Source: an uncultured Pseudomonadota bacterium
Lineage (GTDB): Bacteria; Myxococcota_A; Polyangia; Fen-1088
NCBI GenBank assembly: GCA_963711305.1
Contig: CAVQDT010000007.1
Location: 589,246-653,245 of the forward strand
Length of the DNA: 64,000 nucleotides
Direction: 5' to 3'
Shown: positions 12,552 to 21,794 of the stretch, in pieces
How the letters are laid out: every line of letters begins with the position of its first letter
How positions within the stretch are numbered: position 1 is the first letter of the stretch
Notes under the pieces: model-generated
The model's database searches: none
What the model saw: only the letters and a program-made list of their open reading frames with translations
What the model was told of the DNA's origin: nothing
Position numbers and translations under genes: made by a program

Positions 12552-15014
12552 ATGCGGCGGTTTGAACGCCCGATGATCGAAGCCGCCGACAGCGCCCAGC
12601 ATCCCCCGAACGCGTCATCCGGTTCATCGGCGCAGCCGGGCGTCGATCAACCGCGATCGTCGCTGCGCGCGCTGCTGCGCTTCTGGCGGCCGGTCCTGCT
12701 GGCCCTGTTGTGCCTGGGCGCCACGTTCGAGCTCGCGCCGTTCCTCGGTCGATTCACGCCCGTCGCGAGCTGGATGGCCTGGAAATTGGGGCTGATCTGG
12801 TTCTGGGCGCTGGTGCTGGCGGCGGCGTGCCTGGGCCTGGGCAACGCGATCTGCAGGCGACTCTGGGGCGACGCCGCCGAGGGCTCCGCGCTGGAGCGCC
12901 AGGCGCTGGCGATCCCGCTCGGCGCGATCGCGTTCGGCACGATGATGTACGCGGCGGGGGCGCTGCACCTGTTCCACGCGCCACTTGCGGTGCTGCTGCC
13001 GTTGCTGGGGATCGCCGTGGGGCTCGGGCGCTCGCCCGCGCAGCGACTGGCGCGCTTGAGGGTGGCGCGCTTCGTGGTGAACGCGCGAGATCTGCCGGTG
13101 ATCGTGTTCGGCCTGCTCTCGCTGGCGCTGATCCTGCTGCACGTGTTCAACCCCGACGCGCCCAACCACGACGCGCACTGGACCCACGTCGTGATCGCGC
13201 AGGACTACGCGCGCGAAGGCCACGTGATCGAGCAGCGCGCCGAGTGGGCGAGGAACTTCCCCCACTTCGCCAGCCTCTTTTACACCTGGGCGTTTCTGGT
13301 GCCGGGTCTGAGCTTCCCGCTCCGGATGCTGCTGGTGATGCATATCGAGCTCCTCTTCTTGATGGGAACGCTGGTCGGCGTGAGCGCGGGCGCGCGCTGG
13401 CTGGCGCACGCGTCCGACGGTGAGCAAGCGAAAGACCCGGGCGAGTCCGGCGCGACCACGGCCTGGGTGTCGTTCTTTCTGTTCCCGAGCATCTTCGTCT
13501 ACGACAGCGATCTCGGCGGCTCCGCGGATCACGTCGCCGCGCTGTTCGCCGTGCCCATGTTCTTGGCGATCGTGCGCGGCACCGAACGGTTCTCACCGGC
13601 CCTGTGCGCGGTGGGCGGCGCGCTGGCAGGCGCGGCGTTCATCACCAAGTACCAGTCAGCCTATCTGACGGCGCCGCTCGCGGCGCTGGTCGCGTTCCGC
13701 CTGGGACGGGAGGCGTGGCGCCGCTGGCGCGGGGGCGCGCAGCGAGTCGAGGACTGGCGGCGCGCCTGGCTCGCGACGAGGTGGATGCTGCTCGCAGGCA
13801 TCCTCGCGGCCAGTCCGTTCTTCCTGGAGAACCTCTACTTCCACCACAACCCGGTCTACCCGTTCCTGCAGCAGGTTTTCACCGGCAGCCGGCCCACCTT
13901 TGCCAATGCGCCCTTCCTGGTGTCCCACGTGCTCACGCCCGGCGGCTTGCGCGGCGACGGACTGACTCTCGGTCACAGATTGCTCGATTCGCTGGGGATG
14001 GTCTTTGCCTTCTCTTTCAATCCCCACTACTCGTTTCTGGGCCAGCGGCCCTACGTCGGATTCCTGTTCACGTTGTTGTCGCCGTTGGCCGTGCTGCTGG
14101 CGCGCGGCCAGCGCCTGCGCATCGGTGCGCTCATGGCGGGCGGCGCTCTGTTCGCCTGGGCGATGACCTATCTCGTAGACCGCAATCTTCAGATCATCAT
14201 GCCGATGCTGGTCGCGGTGACGGCGGGGATCATCATCGCGGTTTGGCGCACGGGGTGGATAGCACGCGTGGGCCTGGTGCCGTTGCTCTTGCTCCAGGTC
14301 GCCTGGGGCGGCGACCTGATGTTCCAGGGCTACCTCGGCGGCGCGATCGAGCACATTCGCAACGGAATCGCGGGCAAGGTCGATGTGCGCGAGACCTTCG
14401 CGCGCAAGGCCATGAATCGGCTCATCCCCAGGGACGGCAAGGTGGTGCTGCACGCCGGTCATGTCTCGCTCGGGCTCGATCGCGAGGTTTTGAGCGACGA
14501 GATCGGCTTTCAGGGCCTCATCGACTACTCGAGCCTGCGCACGCCGCGCGAGCTCTACGACCGGTTCCGCGCATTGGGGGTGACCCACGTAGTATGGGTC
14601 GAGGGAGCCGATCCGGGACCGCACCTCCAGCGCGACATCGTGTTCTACGCGCTGGTGAACGCGCTGCCCTCCAGCAGCCACGGCCCCTACTCGATGGTCG
14701 AGCTGCCGGCGACGCCCCCACCGGCGACGCCCCCTTACCGTGTGCTCTCGCTGGGAATCGGCGGGCACGCCGACGGCATCTACCGGGTCGACGAGATCAG
14801 CCGGTGCGAGCTACAGCCCCCGGGCTGTAGCCCCGCCGCGCCGGCCGTCGGGGTTCAAGGCCCGGCCACGGCCGCGATCCTCGATGCAGGCATCGACGCA
14901 GCAATTGTGGCGCCGAGCTATCTACTGGACCCGGCGGTCGCGGCGGTGCTCGACCAGCGGTTCGTGCGCGCGCGTGCGGGCGCTCCCTATGGGCTCTACT
15001 TGCGACGCCGATAA
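12552..15014 (+). CDS. 820-aa polytopic membrane protein with soluble C-terminal domain (paralogue A; GT-C-like candidate)
   Basis: Intact ORF. More than 10 hydrophobic segments, acidic loop FNPDAPNHDAHWTHVVIAQDYAREGHV, FLFPSIFVYDSDLGGSADHVAALFAVPMFLAIVR, NPVYPFLQQVFTGSRP, FSFNPHY. It is collinear along its whole length with the gene at 15098-17537. Confidence 0.8.
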   Translation: MRRFERPMIEAADSAQHPPNASSGSSAQPGVDQPRSSLRALLRFWRPVLLALLCLGATFELAPFLGRFTPVASWMAWKLGLIWFWALVLAAACLGLGNAICRRLWGDAAEGSALERQALAIPLGAIAFGTMMYAAGALHLFHAPLAVLLPLLGIAVGLGRSPAQRLARLRVARFVVNARDLPVIVFGLLSLALILLHVFNPDAPNHDAHWTHVVIAQDYAREGHVIEQRAEWARNFPHFASLFYTWAFLVPGLSFPLRMLLVMHIELLFLMGTLVGVSAGARWLAHASDGEQAKDPGESGATTAWVSFFLFPSIFVYDSDLGGSADHVAALFAVPMFLAIVRGTERFSPALCAVGGALAGAAFITKYQSAYLTAPLAALVAFRLGREAWRRWRGGAQRVEDWRRAWLATRWMLLAGILAASPFFLENLYFHHNPVYPFLQQVFTGSRPTFANAPFLVSHVLTPGGLRGDGLTLGHRLLDSLGMVFAFSFNPHYSFLGQRPYVGFLFTLLSPLAVLLARGQRLRIGALMAGGALFAWAMTYLVDRNLQIIMPMLVAVTAGIIIAVWRTGWIARVGLVPLLLLQVAWGGDLMFQGYLGGAIEHIRNGIAGKVDVRETFARKAMNRLIPRDGKVVLHAGHVSLGLDREVLSDEIGFQGLIDYSSLRTPRELYDRFRALGVTHVVWVEGADPGPHLQRDIVFYALVNALPSSSHGPYSMVELPATPPPATPPYRVLSLGIGGHADGIYRVDEISRCELQPPGCSPAAPAVGVQGPATAAILDAGIDAAIVAPSYLLDPAVAAVLDQRFVRARAGAPYGLYLRRR

Positions 15015-15097
15015 CGCGGAGTCAGTTCAGACGGGCTGATCAGGGCGGCGTGGACAACAGCGGACGCCCGTTCACCGGCACGATTTGGCCGACATGA

Positions 15098-17537
15098 CTA
15101 ACGACGCAAGTAAACGGTGAGCTTGCTGTTACCGTTATATGTTAGCTCCCTCTGAAATTTTTGACTCAGAGCCGCGTCGAGCGCCGCCGGAGGGTTGACG
15201 CCCGGCCCGACCAGGACGGCGTTCACGTGATCGATGATGTCCGGCTCTGCGGCCGAGGCAGGGGTTGCCGATATCGCGGGCGGTGGAAACCGACTGTAAA
15301 AGGGCTCGATCACACCCATCGCCTCTATGGGATAGACGCCATCGGAGTATCCGCCAAGCCCCAGGCTGAGCACCCGATACGGCGCCTCGACGGGAGGCGG
15401 ATCGCTCGGCATCTCGATCACCTCATATCCCCCTTCGTGAATGACGTTCTTCCCGAAGCGATCGATCAACGCGAGGAACAAGACTTCCTCCTCTTTCGAG
15501 AAGGCCACCCATACGCCACGCTCATGAACAACATGAGTTATGCCGTGCGACCGGTAGAGGTCGTAGACGTCGCGCGGCGTCTTTAGGCCGCGATAGCTGA
15601 TGAGGCCCTGAAATCCGGCCAGATCTTGCAGCACTTTTCGCTTCACGCCCAAGCTAAGGCGCGTGTTGTGAAACAGCAGGACGGCATTGGGCGGGAGAAC
15701 CTTGCTGAGCGCCGTCTCCGCGGCCATGTACCCGCTAAAGCGAGTCTTGGCTCTCCCCTCGTAACCGCTCTTGATCATGTTGACGGCGTCGAACGAGCCG
15801 CTCGTACCCCGAGAAGAAGAATGCGTCGCCGGTCGAGACCACCTGCATGCCCACGAGCGCGATCAATCCCGCACGGGCAACCCACCCGAGCTCCCAAGCC
15901 CAGACAATGATCGCCGCCGTGACCGTCGCGAGAAGCGGCACGAAGGTCTGTGCTTGGCGGTCAATGATGTACAGCCACGCCCAGGTGAACACCGACGCCA
16001 GGCTCATCAATGCGAACACCAACAGCCGCTTTCGTCCCTTCAGGAAGGGAATCGTTGGCAGTAGCAGCGTGAACAGCGAGCCGATGACTCCGACGTTTTT
16101 GGACGAAGCGTAGTGTGGATTGAAAGAGAACGTGAAGGTGGTCTGGAGGGCCATCCACACCCTGACCAAAAACGGACCTTCGGGATGAAAAGGTCCCGCT
16201 ACCGAAAGCTGATTCGGAATATCGGGCATGGGCCGACTGCCCGAAAACAGTTCGAGCATGAACGGGTAGACCGGGTTTCTGTAGAAAATCCAGTTCTTGA
16301 GGAAGTGGGGCGCGCTGACCAAGGCCCCCACCGCGAGCACGGTCGCTGGACCGCGCCAAAGGCGCGACCTCTGCACAGAGCCCTCGCGGTCGAGCCCGGT
16401 GCCGAGAAGGAACCAGCGGATCCCCAGCAGGGCAGCGATGGGGACGAAGAAATACAAACTCTGATATCGGGTCAAAAGCGCGCCGGCTGCGAGGATCCCA
16501 ACCAGGACGCAGCGTCGCGGAGACAAGTCGACCGACGCGCGCAATGCGGCCAGGAAGAGCGGCACCGCGAAGAACGCCACCACGTGATCCGCGCCGCCTG
16601 TCAGGTTGCTGTCGTAGACGTAGATGCCCGGGAAGAGAAAGAACGCGGCCCATGCCCCCTTGACCTGGGTCCGTTCGAGCAGCCAAGCCACACCCGCCGC
16701 AACGCCGACCAGTGTCCAGATGAACAGGCAAAACTCGTTGTGCAGGGCCAGCATCCAACGCAGCGGCTCATTGAGCCCAGGGACCAACCAACCCCAGGTG
16801 TAAATGAGGCTCGCAAGGTGCGGATAGCACTTCGGATAGTCGGCTGGAAAAGGGACGATCCTTCCCTCACGCGCGTAGTCTTGCGCGACAGTTAGATGGT
16901 ACCAGCGCGGATCGTAGTCGATCGCAGCGGGCGTCAAGCTCTGCAAATAAAGCAAAAAGAGACAGATGGCACCGGCGACGACGGCAACGTTCGACAAAGA
17001 GATCAAAGGCGACGGCGGCACCGGATCGGTCGCCCCTTTGACGCGCGCATCGCGCGCGAACCGTATCAGCTCGGGCCCGCCCACGAGGATCATGACTACG
17101 GGCAACCCGATTGCGAAGGGTGCTCGGTAAAGGGACAGCGCCCCCCCGGCGTACATTCCCATCGTGAAGGCGACGACTCCGATCGCCGCGCTGGCAGCCA
17201 GCGTTTCGAGCACCGGGAGGCCGCTCACCTTCAACCAGCGCGCGAGCACGTAGTGCCCAAACGCCAGATAAGCAGCGTTGAGCAACGCGCACCAACACCA
17301 CAGGACCAGGAGCCTCCAGAACAGCCAGTCACTGATGGCGTAGACGGAATTGACCGAAGCGGCGAAAATTGCCACGCCCACCAGGCACAGAACCGCCACG
17401 ATGGCCGCTCGAACCGTGCGACGCGACAGCGCGGCAGCCAGCGATTGACCCAACATGGTCGGCACCATACCCAACATTCCTGCGTAGGTTAAGTCCGAGG
17501 AGGAGACCGTTCGACTGCGTGGCGACGGCTCGGCCAC
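15098..17537 (-). CDS. Polytopic membrane protein, paralogue B of 12552-15014 (one frame break near 15785)
   Basis: ORFs 15735-17537 and 15098-15778 join. Motifs: IDYDPRWYHLTVAQDYAREGRIV, FLFPGIYVYDSNLTGGADHVVAFFAVPLFLAALR, NPVYPFMLELFSGSRP, FSFNPHY, and the C-terminal LQDLAGFQGLISYRGLKTPRDVYDLYRSHGITHVV...YRVLSLGLGGYSDGVY...YLRR, which matches paralogue A. Confidence 0.75.
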
Positions 17538-17561
17538 GGAATGTTCCGGTGCCGTGAGCCG

Positions 17562-18197
17562 TCAGGCTGGCGCGCGGGCCCACGAGATCAGGGCGAGCCG
17601 CGTCGCGGTCGGCTTGACCGTGATCTGCTCGAACCCAGCGCGCGAAAGTCCGCGCATCAGGGATTCGCGGGAGAACCGCGTGGGGTGGATGTCGCGCCGG
17701 GAGAACCCCGACCGCCGGGCTATCAACTCGAGCACGGTCGACTCGAGCGCCGGCAGCCACGGCTCACCGTAGTTGGGCGTCGACAACCAGAGCCGGCCCC
17801 CCGCCACGAGAGCGCTGCGCAGCCCGGTCAGCCACGCCGGCCACGCCAGCACGTGCTCGATCACCTCCTTGGCGTAGATCGCGGCGAAGCGGCGCCCCAG
17901 ATCGATCGGGGCCTCTGGCACCACCACGGTCCCACCGGTGATCCGGGAATCACCGCGCGCCAGCACGGCGTCGACGGCGCGCTCATCGATGTCGGCGACG
18001 TGAAACGAAAGGCCGCTCGGCGCCGCATCGATCTCGTGGAGCAGGCCACAACCGACGATCAACACCTCGCCAGCCGGGTGCTCGGCCGCGACCCGGTCGA
18101 GGAACGCGCCGAGATCGCGCTCGAGCGGCTGGTGATACAACGTCCAGGGAAATCGCCGGGCGCGCGCGTGGTTCGCGAAGTAATCGGTCGTGCTCAC
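17562..18197 (-). CDS. Class I SAM-dependent methyltransferase
   Basis: Intact ORF. VLIVGCGLLHE (motif I-like), FAAIYAKEVIEHV, GGRLWLSTPN. Confidence 0.8.
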   Translation of the reverse strand: MSTTDYFANHARARRFPWTLYHQPLERDLGAFLDRVAAEHPAGEVLIVGCGLLHEIDAAPSGLSFHVADIDERAVDAVLARGDSRITGGTVVVPEAPIDLGRRFAAIYAKEVIEHVLAWPAWLTGLRSALVAGGRLWLSTPNYGEPWLPALESTVLELIARRSGFSRRDIHPTRFSRESLMRGLSRAGFEQITVKPTATRLALISWARAPA

Positions 18198-18198
18198 C

Positions 18199-19131
18199 CT
18201 AACCCTTGGTTGGCCTTTCGGCTATGGAAGGTCGGTTGCCTCTGCGATGATCAGGTACTCGTACGCGGTCGGCGAATCGGCCGGAACCAGTGGATCCGAT
18301 AGCGCCCAGCGCACCAGCTTGACCGCGGGCTCCAGCATCGCGGCCGGAAGAAAGCGCGCCAACCGGGATGGATAGAATCCGGTCACCTGTCTTCGCGAGG
18401 AACTCGGCGAACGCCGGCGGCATGAACGCGCGGAACAAGAACTCCGAGCGCGCCGAGCCGAGCCCGTGGATCGCCCGGACGCGCCAACCATTGTGCGTCA
18501 GTAATCCGGTCCAGACCTTGGCGTCGTAGAGGTGCCAGTGCTGGAAGAAGCCGTTGAGCGCACCGGCAATCGTCATCGCGAGCCGCGGCGCGTGGTTCAG
18601 CAACCAAGACTGTACGTGGCCCTGGAACGCCCACCGCGGCGTCGGCACGAACATCAATAGGCGCGCATTGGGCGCCGCGGCTCGGCGAAGGTTGATCAAC
18701 GCGGCGTCGATGTCGGGCACGTGCTCGAGCGAGCAGTTGCCGATGATCTCGCGAAACGAGACCTCGGGAAATGGCTGCTCGCGCGAGACATCGGTGAGGT
18801 CGGCTTGAATTCGCGTCTTGGCCTGGGCGATCTCGACCGCCGAGATGTCGACCCCGTAGACCTGGCGATGATCCGCGTCGCGCAGCGTCCACCAGAAGCC
18901 GTCTCCGCAGCCGACGTCGAGCACCGGGCCGCCCCTGCTTCCCAGGGCCTCGATCGCGATCAGCCGGTTGATCTCGCGCAGCGTGAGCGACAGCGGCGCG
19001 TGCTTGAGATACTCGCGGATCCAGCGATCGAGATCGTCGCTGTTGACTTCTTGGGCGTGACCAGACGGCTCGGTCGCCATCCCCATGACCTGGTCGGTAT
19101 CCGCGAGTGCCATGCCCCCTTTCAATAGCAC
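18199..19131 (-). CDS. Class I SAM-dependent methyltransferase (C-terminal frame break near 18400)
   Basis: PVLDVGCGDGFWW (motif I), REIIGNCSLEHVPD, NARLLMFVPT. The tail continues more plausibly in the frame of ORF 18222-18491. Confidence 0.75.
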   Translation of the reverse strand: MLLKGGMALADTDQVMGMATEPSGHAQEVNSDDLDRWIREYLKHAPLSLTLREINRLIAIEALGSRGGPVLDVGCGDGFWWTLRDADHRQVYGVDISAVEIAQAKTRIQADLTDVSREQPFPEVSFREIIGNCSLEHVPDIDAALINLRRAAAPNARLLMFVPTPRWAFQGHVQSWLLNHAPRLAMTIAGALNGFFQHWHLYDAKVWTGLLTHNGWRVRAIHGLGSARSEFLFRAFMPPAFAEFLAKTGDRILSIPVGALSSGRDAGARGQAGALGAIGSTGSGRFADRVRVPDHRRGNRPSIAERPTKG

Positions 19132-19175
19132 GCCCGGTTCTGACGAGGGCGAAACTCTCTGCGACTGCGAGCGCG

Positions 19176-20828
19176 TCAGCCGCTGCAGCCGAGGACGCGC
19201 AGGATCTTGATCTTGGTCGTCGACGAGCCGGGCGCCGGGTAAGCGACGCTACCGTCGGGGAACGAGCGAAAGTCCTGGTAGCGGCTGCCGAGCACGTTGG
19301 GCGTGAGCTTGAGCGGGCCCGCGGTGGTCGCGTTCGCGCCCGCCGGCATCATGCCGGTGGTGCCGTCGAGGATCTGGATCGACATCTGCCGGGCCGCGTT
19401 CTGCGCGAAGTCGCCGAGCGCCGTCGAGCTCTCCCACGCCGCGAGCATCTGCGTTCCGGTGGTGCCGTACGGCGCCAGGTGCGGCGCGCGATCGTTCTGG
19501 CCGTCGCTGACGGCGATGATGTCTTTGTCCGGCATCGGCGTCGATACCTTGGTCACGTGCAACAGGTGAATGTCGGCCATGCCGTTCGCGTTCGCCGGCT
19601 GCCCGGCGCGGATGTCGCTGGCGAAGATCCAGTAGCCGCCGCCCATCGCGTTGATGACATTGCCGATCTGGTCGTAGTTGAGGTCGATCGGATCGATCGC
19701 CGCTCCGTTGGGCGCGAACGCGATCTTCCCCGACTTGCCGCCGGTCGGCGCGTCGTTCTTGCAGACGTTGACGAAGACCTTGCTCGTCGGATCCCAGACG
19801 ATGCGCTCGTAACCGCTGTGGCTGCAGCCGAAGCTGAAGCCCGGCGTGGTGAGCAGCGCGCCGGTGCCGCCATTCACGGCCTGCATGCGATCGCCCTGGT
19901 GAATGTTCACGCCGGTGGTCATCGTGCTCGCGCCCACGCACGCCTGCCCGGGGACGGTGATCGCCGCGCCGAAGTAGCTCGCGTAATTCGTGCCGTCGAA
20001 CGCGATGCGGCCGTTGTGCGCGTACTCCGACCAGATGAAGATCACGTTGCCGCCACCGGTCGGCCCGGTGCCATACGCAGGCACGGTCGCGGACGTCTGA
20101 GTGAGCTTGGTCGCCCACGCCTCGGTGGTGCCGTTGAAGCGCACGATATAGAGGTCGTAGCAGGAGGCCGCCGTCGGATAGTTGGCGACCAGTCCGCAGA
20201 GGTTGTTGATGTTGCCGCAGTTGTGGTTGTCGGTGGAGCCGAGCGCGTTGCGGCTGAGCAGCATCACGCCGCCGGTGGCGTCGGCGTAGATGTCCTGAAA
20301 GTCGAACGCCGGCAGCGCGAACGCCGCGCCCGGGACCGGCTGATCGTTCGCGTCGAGCGTCACCACGTGCGCCATGCTGTCGGTCTTGCCGAGGAACGCG
20401 AGGCGCGAGCCGCCTCCGGGAATCGGAGAGATCGCGAGCGGCGTCAGACCCAGCGCCGCGCCGTTGTTGTCGACCTCGTTGTAGGCGTAGGTCACGCCGA
20501 CGTCGATCTCGGTGACGCGCACGCGATCGGCGAGCGCGGTCGAGCACCCGGTCGTGCCGCCCGGGCCAAGGCTACCGCCGACGCCCGTCGCGCCGCCGCC
20601 GCCGGTCACACCGCCGCCGCCCGTCGTCGTGCTGCCACCGAGCCCGCCGTTGTTCCCTGCGGTTCCGGTCGAGCCGCCACCGCCTCCCTGACCACCGTTG
20701 GTCGTCGAGCCACCGCCTTCGCCGCCGGTCGGAAGACCGCCGACGTTGCCGGGACAGCCGGTCCCGAGCGCGACACCGGACGCGAGAAGCAGGAGCACGG
20801 ACACATTCGACCAGACAGCTCGGCACAT
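19176..20828 (-). CDS. Lipoprotein with Gly-rich linker and a domain I cannot assign
   Basis: Intact ORF 19176-20909. I prefer the start ATG at 20828, preceded by GGAGG (20841-20837). MCRAVWSNVSVLLLLASGVALGTGC is a lipobox, followed by about 75 residues of G/S/T-rich linker and an approximately 450-aa domain (NHNCGNINNLCGLV, IFIWSEYAHNGRIAFDG, FGCSHSGYERIVWDP). Confidence 0.75.
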   Translation of the reverse strand: MCRAVWSNVSVLLLLASGVALGTGCPGNVGGLPTGGEGGGSTTNGGQGGGGGSTGTAGNNGGLGGSTTTGGGGVTGGGGATGVGGSLGPGGTTGCSTALADRVRVTEIDVGVTYAYNEVDNNGAALGLTPLAISPIPGGGSRLAFLGKTDSMAHVVTLDANDQPVPGAAFALPAFDFQDIYADATGGVMLLSRNALGSTDNHNCGNINNLCGLVANYPTAASCYDLYIVRFNGTTEAWATKLTQTSATVPAYGTGPTGGGNVIFIWSEYAHNGRIAFDGTNYASYFGAAITVPGQACVGASTMTTGVNIHQGDRMQAVNGGTGALLTTPGFSFGCSHSGYERIVWDPTSKVFVNVCKNDAPTGGKSGKIAFAPNGAAIDPIDLNYDQIGNVINAMGGGYWIFASDIRAGQPANANGMADIHLLHVTKVSTPMPDKDIIAVSDGQNDRAPHLAPYGTTGTQMLAAWESSTALGDFAQNAARQMSIQILDGTTGMMPAGANATTAGPLKLTPNVLGSRYQDFRSFPDGSVAYPAPGSSTTKIKILRVLGCSG

Positions 20829-21019
20829 CGGGACAACCTCCGAAAGAAAAGACTCGCTCGGCGCGACGGGCAACGTGACTTCCCCCTCAGGAACACACAC
20901 CTTCCCCATCCTACGCCGGTGGGCACTCCCGAAGTCACTCGCGCCGTCGGCGCCAGCTCAAGATTGAGGTCTTCGAGCGGCGCGTCTGCGCGACGGAAGT
21001 GATGTAGGGTCTTGGCCAA

Positions 21020-21794
21020 ATGGACCTGAACGAAGTCCCGACGACGCCGTTTCGGCGGCACCCCTGGGAGGTCGCGCGCGCGCGATTTTTCGGAAAAGTC
21101 GTCGCGGAAGCGCTCCCGGCCGGCGCGCCGGCGCGCGTGCTCGACGTCGGAGCCGGCGACGGATACCTCGCGCGCTCGCTGCTGGGCGGGATTCCTGTCG
21201 GCAGCTCGGTCACATGCGTCGATTCGAACTACACCGACGCCGAGCTCCAGCGGTTCGCGTCGCCACCGACAGCCGGCTTGTCGTTCACGCGCGCACGGCC
21301 CGCTGGACGCTTCGATGTGATCTTGCTCCTGGATGTGATCGAGCACATCGCCGACGACCGCGCCTTCCTCGACGACATCCTCGGCGCCAGCCTCGACGCG
21401 AACGGCCTGGTGGTCGTCAGCGTGCCGGCCTGGGACCTGCTCTACGGGCAGCACGACCTGGCGCTGAAGCACTTCCGCCGCTACCAGCCGGCGCAATGCC
21501 GCGCGCTGCTGCAGGCCGCGGGCCTGGAGATCGTGCACGACGGCGGGCTGTTCCACAGCCTGCTGCTGCCGCGCGTGGCGCAGCGAATCGGCGAGGCCGC
21601 GCGCGGCGCGCTGCGCTTCGGGAACGGCGACGAAGCCCGCCAACCTCGGCGAATGGCACGGCGGCGAGCTGCTGTCGTCGCTGGTGACGCTGGCGCTCGA
21701 GGCCGACACGCGGCTGTCGACGCGGCTCGCGCGCGGCGGGCGCGATGTGCCGGGCCTGAGCTACTTCGCGCTGTGCCGGAAAGGATCCGCGTGA
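21020..21794 (+). CDS. Class I SAM-dependent methyltransferase (one frame break near 21620-21650)
   Basis: RVLDVGAGDGYLARSL (motif I), FDVILLLDVIEHIADD. After the break it reads EWHGGELLSSLVTLALEADTRLS...FALCRKGSA, with stop TGA at 21792-21794. ORF-track entry 21020-22645 is a read-through fusion with the next gene. Confidence 0.7.

Noticed and set aside
15015-15097. Possible bidirectional terminator between the convergent paralogues
   Set aside because: There are only imperfect short complementarities (gacgggc / gcccgtt) and no T-tract, so I did not call it.
20560-20760. GGN-rich tandem-looking DNA here (and at 22860-22990, 24180-24330 and 25400-25570)
   Set aside because: These stretches are in frame within lipoprotein or LPMO-like genes and encode Gly/Ser/Thr linkers. 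They are coding low complexity, not satellites.
19107-21002. 631-aa plus-strand ORF
   Set aside because: It is antisense to the intact lipoprotein gene at 19176-20828, which has an RBS, a lipobox and a non-biased domain. The plus-strand product is Arg/Ala/Val/Asp-biased.
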